Positions 51,701 to 59,607 of a stretch of 64,000 nucleotides of DNA are shown here, one piece after another. The DNA is from Perkinsela sp. CCAP 1560/9 (Eukaryota > Protista > Euglenozoa: Kinetoplastea). Position numbers and translations under genes: made by a program. The notes under the pieces were generated by a model that was not told the origin of the DNA, searched no databases, and saw only the letters and a program-made list of their open reading frames with translations. Position 1 is the stretch's first letter, and the number at the start of each line of letters is the position of its first letter. The DNA lies in assembly GCA_965644495.1 (NCBI GenBank), contig CBFFSA010000005.1, positions 558,001-622,000 of the forward strand. Direction: 5' to 3'.

Positions 51701-54602
51701 TACTGGTTTTTGTATCGACATGGGTGCACTCTCGGATACGTTTATGACCGCCGCTGTACTGTTGTGTGGAATAACAAGAGGGAGTGTGGTATCCAATGAT
51801 GAGGGTTTCGTGAGCTTGGTGCATCGTATCACAGGAATTGCCTCTCAACGTTTGAAGGAGAGTAACCGTATCCAAGCGATGGTCACGGAACTGCGTAAGC
51901 TAGGCGTACACGCGCAGGAGACTGACGATGGGATAGATATTCACAGTAAGTCATTTGCCTCCATGAGGCAGTCTCAGCCCATCTATTGCTACGGCGATCA
52001 CCGCATCGCAATGTCTTTTGCAATATTGTCCTGTCGGATTCCGGGGGGACTTACGATAGTCGACCCATGGTGTGTAGAAAAAACTTATCCGGAGTTTTGG
52101 GACCACTTGAACCGAATTTTTCACCTTTCGCTCAAAGCGAGTGGAACGGATGCGATTGAATCTTCCTTGTCGTCTTCCTTCGTTGGGTTGGGTGACGCAC
52201 TTGGGAAACCACGAGGAATGAAGACGTGCCGAGTCCCTGAATTCCGCACGCCTCAAAATACGGTTCTACATCTTGTTCCTTACAACAACTTTATTGATCT
52301 AAAAAACTTGCGCGCGTGTGTGCGAGTGCTGTGTGAGCTTAACAGAACGCAAGGATGGAATTTACTCGATTTATCAGAATCCTCATGGAAGCTAGTGACT
52401 AATGAGCCGAACATATTTTTGAATTTTAAGTCTGAGCTAGCGAAGCTACCAGCCCAGCATCCAAAAGTCACACAAAATGTTACTCTAATCCTATGTCCGC
52501 CTCTTTTTGATTCTGAGCTTTGGTCTTCTCTTCTTTTTCGTCCAGCAGACACTTCATCAAATGTTTCTTTTTTTGATTCAACTTTAGAGAGTGTACTACG
52601 TCCCGTGCGCCAACTATCGTGTAGTACTCTTGTATTAGATGATTACGGGATTAATCACCTTTCCGAAAAAGCACTGTCTGAAATGCGTAAGGCCACATCT
52701 TATGAGTACTTGATACTTGGTTTTTCAAAGTCTGAGAATTCGTCTGTAAAATGCAAAAGCGATTTCTCCATTGAATCAAATGTCAATATCTTGGAACGGT
52801 TTTTGAATTTTATTTCCAGCACGAAGCGTTGGGATTCTCAGTGTTTACGTAGCTCCCACATGCTATCTCTTACGTTACCCACTTACAATTTTTCGTCAGA
52901 GCAACATCTAAAAAGGGATTTTCCGCGACTGGTTGCTGGATGCGACGTTGTTGAGCTGCGAGCGGACCTGCTAGAAGACAGCGCGACGGGCATTCAAAAT
53001 GTTGCCAAGGAAATTCAATATTTGCGTTTTCTTACCCCAGACCTTTATCTTTTATTCACTGTACGGTCAGTACAACAAGGTGGCAAGTTCGTTGGTACAA
53101 CGGAGCACTACGCCAAATTGATCTCTCTTGCTCTACGTTATGGTTGCGAATTCGTCGATATCGAGCATGCTTCTTTATCTCCTCAACGTTTCGACGATGG
53201 TAACCGTGATGCTTTCTGCATCCTTTCTCTTGCGCAGTCCTACTCCCTCCCTCAACATTTCCCCCTTGTGACTCTCATTGTCGGGTCCTATCACGACCCC
53301 TCCATCACCTTCTCGGAGCTCAACATCCTCGACGTTGTTTTCTCACTGCTCCAATCAGGCTGTGACATTGTTAAAATTGTTCTTGGCTTGTCACGTCCCT
53401 CCGATCAGTACCGTTTTCAACAATTACTGTCCTCCGTTCTACACAACCGTCTACCTTTTTTGGCAGTATCATCTGCCTCCGGCGGGGCTCTTTCACGCAT
53501 TCTGGGCACAATACTTTCTCCCGTCACCCACGAGTTGCTCCCTTTTCCCGCGGCCTCTGGTCAACTCACCCTACACGCGATGAATCAGCTGCGAGCACAG
53601 CTCGGCTTGACACTTCCCGGTACATTTTATGTTGTAGGCGACCAAATTTCTTATTCTTATTCTCCTACATTACATCGCACGGCGTTCCATGTTCTTGGTT
53701 TGCCACACAGTTATCACGTGGTGGATTGTCCTGATTTTGATCAGGCGTGGGGACAACTTTTGGAAGATCCTACATTTCGTGGCGCTTCCATTACTATACC
53801 TCACAAGGAAAAGGCCTTTCAAATGTTACGGAATGTCAGCCCACATGCACAAATTATTGGGTGCATCAATACGATTGCTCGTAAGTATGGATCAGTGGAT
53901 GAGGCAGATGCATTCTACGGTGAAAATACAGATTGGGTGGCAATCTTCCGTTTTCTAAGGCACTGGCATCTTCAGAGATGCTCAGAATTATCATCTTGCC
54001 CTGTGAATTCCTTTCATGAAACACGAGGATATGTTTTGGGGGCTGGCGGTTCGGCTCGGTCAGCTGTTTACGCTTTACTACACTTTGGTTGCACCCGAAT
54101 TTTTATTTTGAACCGTTCATTAAAACGTGCGAAACAGCTTCTATCTTGGTTTACTTCACAGGGACTTGGAGAAAGCTTAACGATTTTGGATTTTAATTTA
54201 ATTAATTATTTTTCTCTTTGTTCTTTTCAAGAAAGTTCTGGCGGGGCCTCCGTCGTGATTTTGACAGTTCCTGGTCATGCTGTTGTTTCTTATCCAGATA
54301 GTTTGTTTCAAACCGGAAATTGTCTTGCGGTGGATCTTTCGTACACTGCCACACAGAGTGCTTCATGTCCCTCTCAAATTCTATATTCTGGACAAATTAT
54401 TCGTTCGAAAGAGCACGATTGCTGTTCCGCACTAACTCCATTTCTTAGTTTTGTTCGAGCCTATCATCCAACTTGCACTCTAGTTTCGGGTTTGGAAATT
54501 TTGTTTGAACAGGCAATTGATCAACTTTGGTTTTGGGTAGGTCACCGCATATCAGTGCAGCTTTTAAGGGACCTATTGCACTCCGGTAGTCTAAAATCAT
54601 AA
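48798..54602 (+). CDS. ARO1: AROM multifunctional shikimate-pathway protein (DHQ synthase, EPSP synthase, degenerate shikimate kinase, type I DHQase, shikimate dehydrogenase)
   Basis: ALGGGVVGDL.GF, VDSSVGGKT, GHTVGH, LLHGEAV; PPGSKSISNRAL, SSQYLSS, EPDATSASY, QRLKESNRI, DHRIAMSF, KTYPEFW; VELRADLL, FTVRS..QGG, SYHD, DIVKI, AASGQL; SYSPTLH, TIPHK, NTD, GAGGSAR. Confidence 0.95.
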   Translation: MFCECEKGWKWVDSDTTLETHGKDTRSIVYLTNEKVTRTLETHYGSHSHPKCNLFQCLPSRSDTTTNTNASSDCGPHFSTSSLQNALHSLFSDASSYVLISDTRVGEIWQPAVTESLEAYLNECLVSPQSDKCINARSTSPIQTFCIPAGEGAKCRQVRDALEDFLVASRCDRQCVLVALGGGVVGDLVGFVASTFLRGVRWVYVPTSLLSMVDSSVGGKTAINSAAGKNLFGSFYPAHLTLVSISFLGTLSVRELRNGFAEVVKSALLCGKTSFFDQVELLAPSLRSAESARRIPDSVWHEIILQSISLKMLLIQGDLTESQNGSRCLLNLGHTVGHALEYTYDLLHSSYERRSNAKFGCLGSTYTDTSYSDQVPSPDYLLHGEAVSIGLVAEGRISRRLGILQPSLLQRMQHVLTSCGLPITSPSSLFFEDHYEEFSFREKKHDSNLSRFISFLYRDKKNQNSEIKVVLLERLGMCCKSSPRYVSLDLILWSVNCTAWHVGIGQDIIPKEIHITPPGSKSISNRALAIAFLGGTKCTLHGLLYSVDTLLMIEALKKLSHFLQQHSTPKSDKKNSADSEQCSRVFTFPFRFHSLDDTITVQGHSPHDWSFDDFNMNAMSSSSLNLYVGNSGIVSRFLLPICLLYFSSWELGVAASDEDYREEICSRDVSTTIKSSKHRKGQNKNYSYTQITGCQRMNQCRPIFPLLKVLHDLGARFSCLEDGEYDSSSTNEPLDASRLHFPLRMYPSFDLQHRLESLQRTLDIDVSLSSQYLSSLLIVSPFLCNQPHTTPSPSPLLLRAFGFPNKLSHPLQHTSSSLSSMNLNTPAQHCTDEQQPHTPSPTPLPLPPPLPYVNMTLSVMRDFGFDITPTWDTPTQTLSYSIPTPSAYHSPGTYFIEPDATSASYWMALAVLHPCGPTVVIPGLGTASRTQGDLAFATTVLRPLGCEVRMEARKVVVSSNGGNGLRSNTGFCIDMGALSDTFMTAAVLLCGITRGSVVSNDEGFVSLVHRITGIASQRLKESNRIQAMVTELRKLGVHAQETDDGIDIHSKSFASMRQSQPIYCYGDHRIAMSFAILSCRIPGGLTIVDPWCVEKTYPEFWDHLNRIFHLSLKASGTDAIESSLSSSFVGLGDALGKPRGMKTCRVPEFRTPQNTVLHLVPYNNFIDLKNLRACVRVLCELNRTQGWNLLDLSESSWKLVTNEPNIFLNFKSELAKLPAQHPKVTQNVTLILCPPLFDSELWSSLLFRPADTSSNVSFFDSTLESVLRPVRQLSCSTLVLDDYGINHLSEKALSEMRKATSYEYLILGFSKSENSSVKCKSDFSIESNVNILERFLNFISSTKRWDSQCLRSSHMLSLTLPTYNFSSEQHLKRDFPRLVAGCDVVELRADLLEDSATGIQNVAKEIQYLRFLTPDLYLLFTVRSVQQGGKFVGTTEHYAKLISLALRYGCEFVDIEHASLSPQRFDDGNRDAFCILSLAQSYSLPQHFPLVTLIVGSYHDPSITFSELNILDVVFSLLQSGCDIVKIVLGLSRPSDQYRFQQLLSSVLHNRLPFLAVSSASGGALSRILGTILSPVTHELLPFPAASGQLTLHAMNQLRAQLGLTLPGTFYVVGDQISYSYSPTLHRTAFHVLGLPHSYHVVDCPDFDQAWGQLLEDPTFRGASITIPHKEKAFQMLRNVSPHAQIIGCINTIARKYGSVDEADAFYGENTDWVAIFRFLRHWHLQRCSELSSCPVNSFHETRGYVLGAGGSARSAVYALLHFGCTRIFILNRSLKRAKQLLSWFTSQGLGESLTILDFNLINYFSLCSFQESSGGASVVILTVPGHAVVSYPDSLFQTGNCLAVDLSYTATQSASCPSQILYSGQIIRSKEHDCCSALTPFLSFVRAYHPTCTLVSGLEILFEQAIDQLWFWVGHRISVQLLRDLLHSGSLKS
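51100..51800. other. Skew-switch island 10 (in AROM EPSPS domain)
   Basis: C-rich 51110-51470, switch near 51540, G/T-rich 51550-51800. Confidence 0.75.
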
Positions 54603-54624
54603 AAGCAGAAGTTGGGCGTAATTA

Positions 54625-55364
54625 CAGTAAACGTCACTATTCTCAGAATGCTGAGTTGTACATTGACACAGAAAAAATGGCGTTTTTATCGTTTTTCGTT
54701 ACTATTCTCAGATTTTGTCGATTGAACATTGACAGGCACTTTTTCATGACGTAAAATCATAATTCTCATTCTTAAAAAATATAAAAATTTGCAACGTTAG
54801 CAGCGGAGAGTATGCAAGTGGCCTCTTTGGGTGCACAAAAATGATCCCCAGAGATCTCCAACTATCTCGTGCGATCTCCATGGTTTGCGGAGTCGCTGCT
54901 CTATCAGAAGAACACCGTGCAGCCAAACACTGCCAATTTTTTTTGTGTAATAATGTTTTCCTTTCAAAAAACAAAGTTTCGTTACTTGTAGCTACCTGAA
55001 TCAATGTTTTCTTTTCTCGGCATCACTAAGGCATTTTTGTGCCTATCATGAGTGGGTAGTGAGAGAAGAGAAGGGACAACACTGAAAATGATCTCCAATG
55101 ACCCCCAGTGCTCCCCAGCGATCTTCGCCGATCTCTCTTCATACTCTCCAGTGAGTAAAGAATGAGTAAAGCAGTGAGTTATGCAATGAGAGAAAAAAGC
55201 TTTCTTTTATCAATTCTCATTTTTGAGTGTCAAATTGAATTGAACGTTGACACGCGGCTGAAGCCCCATTCTCATTTTTTAAGTGTGCATTCTCACTTTA
55301 GCCAATTGTAAGTTGACAGTCCGATTCTCATTTTTAGCGATTCTCAGAATAGTGACGTTTATTG
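54625..55364. mobile_element. pogo/Tigger-like MITE, 740 bp
   Basis: TA|CAGTAAACGTCACTATTCTCAGAAT ... ATTCTCAGAATAGTGACGTTTATTG|TA (2 mismatches in 25); subterminal attctca and ttgaca repeats. Confidence 0.82.
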
Positions 55365-55678
55365 TAATGGGGGGGTTCGTCCATTATTAACAACCATCTA
55401 ACTTCTTTCGTTACTTCTTTCACTACTTCTTTCGTTACTTCTTTCGTATCCTGAATTTTGAGAGCATCCTGAATAATTCCCCAATCACGATCCCGTTCGC
55501 GTGCTGTGGCTCGGTGTACGCTACAGTCAGCAAGACGTTTATGTCGATCATCGTTCTCGTGTGGGATGGAGGAGAGTTTCTGCGTCAAATCGTTAGATTT
55601 TATTCTTACGATCCTTTCCATCGGATATGAATAATGAAAGATTGTCTTTCAAGGTAAAATAGACCTATAATTCGTCTA

Positions 55679-55830
55679 CATTAAAAGTCACAATTCTGAG
55701 AATGGTCAGTTGCACATTGCCGCGTAAAAAAGCACTTTTTTGCAAATTTTCGTCACAATTCTCAGATTTGACCTGTTGCACGTTGACAGCACTCTTTTAG
55801 TAGAAATTAGATAGATTCTCATTTTTACCA
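55679..55830 (+). mobile_element. Solo left end of a related MITE subfamily
   Basis: TA|CATTAAAAGTCACAATTCTGAGAAT.. is colinear with 54625-54745; no partner end found. Confidence 0.65.
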
Positions 55831-55847
55831 TACTTTCGTGCGTACCT

Positions 55848-56620
55848 GAGTACCGTACTCGAGTACGGTACTCGCGGTACTCATCGTTTTGAGTACCGTA
55901 CTCGAAAGAGGTAGTAACAGTGAACGCCACTCAAGCGGAACGCAGAAGCATTGACCCACGGTACCTGATGACAAAGGAGTGCCTAAAAGACGATTTCAAC
56001 GTGGTGCGTTGTTCGGCAGGTTGTCCCCATGATCACGCATATGCTGTTACGGACGGTATGGAAGGTTTTTGCCATTTCAAATGCAAGCGTTGCCCTTGGG
56101 AATCGCACGGACGCCACAAAAATCATTACCTAGTCCACCGACGCGAGTGTAAAGGCCGTATTTCAGTGGCAGATCCGGGGACCTCCTTTGATGCACCCTC
56201 CCTTTTTTTGTTGATGGAGAAATATTTGGTACATCCCTTGAAACCCTTGGTACATCCTTGAAAGTCGATCGCTTTTGTGCCAAAGTTTTACCATGCCTTC
56301 ACGCAATGTCCAGCTTGCCATCTTCTCAATTTATATGGTTAGTTCGCACTTTAGCAGAGTTGTGGCCAGAAAATATGACCCCAACTGAGTTTCTTTCAGC
56401 ATTTCCTTCGCATTCCGATTCTCTACATAAATATGAAGCACGACTGACTGATGAACTTTGGGAAATAGTGCGTTCGGACATTGATGCGCACATATACTTT
56501 GGCATTGCTTGTGATGGGGGGATTGACCATTATATGATATAATGGAAGTGTGATCATGGAGTGTGATCATTTTCCTCTTTATGTCAATGCAATACCGATA
56601 AAGCCCATCCTCCCTAACAC
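55848..56620 (+). pseudogene. Degenerate hAT-like transposase fragment with palindromic subterminal repeats
   Basis: 26-bp palindrome gagtaccgtactcgagtacggtactc (55848-55873); C-x2-C..H..H/C Zn finger; then LPSSQF..FPSH..YFGIACDGG (first catalytic Asp context); frames broken by short duplications at 56226-56263 and about 56550. Confidence 0.5.
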
Positions 56621-56984
56621 ATGGTTCGACCGCGCGCTACCACGAATGCACATCACATCACTTCGTGGGATTCGGAACACAAAACACAGAGAACGAAAAT
56701 GGAAATGGAAATGGAAAAAAATCAGTTTCTATAACTTAATGATCAATTCAAATGTAGTAAATTAATCATCATTGATCCATGCCGAGTAAATTACTCGGAG
56801 CTAAGTCCAGGGTATGTATATCATGGTTTCGAACGCATTTGAAAAGTTTAGGACTTGATGTCAAGCAGCATTTTCAACAGCATTTTCCGTCTCCCGCTTT
56901 CTGACTCTCTTCTCCTTCACTATGGCTCAGGGCTGAAGAGTATGAGATCCAAGTGCCTTTTCCGCAAGCAAAGTTCCGCTTTTC

Positions 56985-57430
56985 GGGGTGCGAGCGTAGT
57001 TGGGGGGTGCGAGCGTAGTTGTTAGACGGTGGGCCTTACAACTTGCAGGTTGTTGGTTCGATTCCCGCTATCGACAAAACTCGCAACCTGGCGGCCTCAA
57101 TTCAAAGGGAAAGCGATCAGGAGTGCCTTCAAGGCCCACACCCAACCCCGCTCCCCTGGAGGACCGACCCGGAACCGCCGAGCTGAACCAGGCTCCATTG
57201 CAGCCGCTAAATTGCGTGCTGCTTACGCAAAGGAGGCTTGGGACACAGCCTACACGATGCAACGGGGTTGGACGCCCGTCCTGGTAGCTACGGTTGGGTA
57301 GCCGTGCTCTGGCCGCAAGGCGTCGAGTGCCGTCTGGGAAGGGGGTAGCAAGACAATGAAGGTCGGTGACCTGAGACTCTACACTAACGGTTGGCTCTGC
57401 AGAGCCCTCCGTGTCTTTTTCTTCTTCTTC
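56985..57430 (+). mobile_element. tRNA-derived SINE, 446 bp
   Basis: 11-bp TSD ttccgcttttc at 56974-56984 and 57431-57441; head with A-box-like gagcgtagttg, B box GGTTCGATTCC (57055-57065) and a TAC anticodon-like loop; 3' hairpin ggctctgcagagcc; (CTT)n tail. Confidence 0.8.
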
Positions 57431-57774
57431 TTCCGCTTTTCCGGTGAACTATTCAGAAATCGTTTTCCGGCCTCCACCTCCTTGTAAGTAGTACAAGGTC
57501 TTATTGCTAATAAGGCGACAAATTTAGCTCGATTTTCTGTATTACCCGAGCGCCCAGGCATTGAAAAATTTCAACTAAATAGTACGATTCCAGTGCAGAT
57601 CATTGACAAAAAAGTAAAGGTAGATAAAGGTAGGGAAAAATAAATATAGTTACTTTAAAGTACCGGTCGAGCAGAAACTTTCGTCCACTTTTATTTGGCC
57701 CCAACAAATTTGGTCCACATGAATTTTGGTCCGACTTCATTTTTGGGGGGTGAAAATATAAATATATATATATA

Positions 57775-59024
57775 CATGGGTGGGCACCTTCAGAGTGGGG
57801 GGGTCTAAAATTCGTAAAACTTGTTCAATTTTGGAAAGTAATAGCGCATTCGAGAGCTCTCAAATAGTCTGGTGTAATCGTAAAAAGCACTCTGCGAAAG
57901 TTTACGGGAATCAAAGAAAGCTAGAATGGTCCCAAACACGAATTGCAACTTTATTTTTTAAGCGAAAAAGTCCTTTTTTTCCAAAAAAAAATCTCAGTAC
58001 CCACAATTTCCCCCTTTTTTCTCAATAACGATTTGAAAGCGCTTGGAGACACTCTTTATGGTCTTCACGCAAGTACTTTTGAGATCGGTTTGAAGTGCCT
58101 CGTATGCACTCTCGATAGAAGAGAGGAGATCTGCGCGATTGCGTGGTCGCATGCGATCCTTGTGCTGATCCATGATATTCCACAAGTTTTCGATGGGGTT
58201 GAGATCCGGTGACTTTGCGGGCCAGGGGAGCGTTCGCACGTTTTGCTGCTGAAAAGTACGCCTTGCCAAGTTGTGCGCAGGGCAATTGTCCATAGCAACA
58301 ACTGCACGGTGCCTGTGTAGGTTCAAAAGACCATTACGCTTGGTCATGGCAGCTTCGAAAACAGCCCCGTTCACAGTAACTCTATTTCCCTGCTCATCTC
58401 TATTAGGAAAAATGTGCAGATGAAATCCATGCTTTATGCTTACCCCCATCCACACCATTATACCATCGCCCCCTACCCACGCTTCCAGCTCACCTAGCTG
58501 CTCTTTTACAGGGTCGGACCGTCGGCAAAGGTAGGTGTTTTTGGTAGACTTCTTGCAGGTAAACTTTTTCTCATCACACCAAATAATATTATCAAGCTGG
58601 TGTTCGCTCCAGCCAGACATGTCCTTACAGAATCGGACTCTAACGTCTTTATGCTGCTGGGTTAGTCGTGGTTTACGCTGAACTACGCGGAGGATAATAT
58701 CGGGCTTCAAAGCTCGAGCCAAAGTGCGTCTGGAACACTGAAACCCTCTCTGGAAGGGAAACCGTGATGTTCGCGATCGTACACGTTTCTGAGGCATTAA
58801 CGGCGCAAAAAAACTAAAAAAAGCCAAAAAAACTGAAAAATTGCATCTTCAGGGAAAAATAAATTCCTTGTTTTTCTGTCATTTATCTCGAATGTCTAAA
58901 AACGGGAAACGGATGTTGCCATTACACCAGACTATTTGAGAGCTCTCGAATGCGCTATTACTTTCCAAAATTGGTCAAGTTTTACGAATTTTAGACCCCC
59001 CCACTCTGAAGGCGCCCACCCCTG
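57775..59024 (-). mobile_element. Tc1/IS630-superfamily DNA transposon, 1250 bp, 104-bp TIRs, inserted in (TA)n
   Basis: TIRs 57775-57878 and 58921-59024 differ at 4 positions; TA on both sides; internal transposase ORF. Confidence 0.93.
57994..58797 (-). CDS. Tc1-like DDE transposase (DD32E)
   Basis: RKPRLTQQHK..RVRFC, IIWCDEKKF, MVWMGVS, MDNCPAH, WPAKSPDLNPIENLW, C-terminal R..VIEKKGG..Y; first ATG 58797. Confidence 0.92.
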   Translation of the reverse strand: MPQKRVRSRTSRFPFQRGFQCSRRTLARALKPDIILRVVQRKPRLTQQHKDVRVRFCKDMSGWSEHQLDNIIWCDEKKFTCKKSTKNTYLCRRSDPVKEQLGELEAWVGGDGIMVWMGVSIKHGFHLHIFPNRDEQGNRVTVNGAVFEAAMTKRNGLLNLHRHRAVVAMDNCPAHNLARRTFQQQNVRTLPWPAKSPDLNPIENLWNIMDQHKDRMRPRNRADLLSSIESAYEALQTDLKSTCVKTIKSVSKRFQIVIEKKGGNCGY

Positions 59025-59607
59025 TATATATATTATTTTTCCTTCCGCGGCGGTCCAAAATACTTTTTGACTTTATTGTCAGCCGTTTTCAAATCTTACT
59101 AAATTTAGAACTCGCCATTAGAAATTTTTGCTTCTTTCAATCGACACTTCTTTTTTTAGTCTTCGTGTAATGTCTCAGTCTGTTGAATGGGTGCAGAAAA
59201 TCTTTGATCAAGATATTTACTCTACGCACGTAGGGTCATCACTATAACACATATAGTGAGGCTGAAGTTAGAGCAATTTGAGAATTGTGTGTGGCACGAA
59301 AGGTTGCAAGTATTGTGAGCTACTGGAATAGCACACAAAGCAAAAACAATCTAAAAGTACGGTCCTTCATTTTCTGGAAAACGAAAAATCTAATAACGAT
59401 ATCAAACCTCGAGGGAGGCCAAGAAAATATATCTTTTTGTTTCAATGCACGAAAAATTTGGCCCCAATAATTTTGGTCCACATAAATATTGGTCCGACTT
59501 TTTTTTCGAGCTCGAAGGACCAAATTAAAAAAACGTCAAATTTTTTGCTCGATCGGTACTTTGATGGCAACGTATTCTTCGAATAACGTTTTTACATAAC
59601 TTCTTTT

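Larger units (their letters stand above)
57658..59561. mobile_element. Host TIR element interrupted by the Tc1 insertion
   Basis: TA|AAGTACCGGTCGAGCAGAAA ... TTTTTGCTCGATCGGTACTT|TG; a ttggcccc..ttggtcc..ttggtccgactt block near both ends. Confidence 0.65.

Noticed and set aside
55334-55621. Minus-strand 95-aa ORF with KEVT repeats
   Set aside because: Short, runs into a MITE end and is partly a 12-bp microrepeat; no recognisable domain
57002-57075. Functional tRNA-Val(TAC) gene
   Set aside because: Acceptor, anticodon and T stems pair poorly and no T-run terminator follows; it is the head of a TSD-flanked element
57086-57130. ingi/L1Tc 77-79 bp hallmark (cctggcg..cctcaa)
   Set aside because: Only a few scattered bases match, it is not at the element's 5' end, and there is no poly(A) tail
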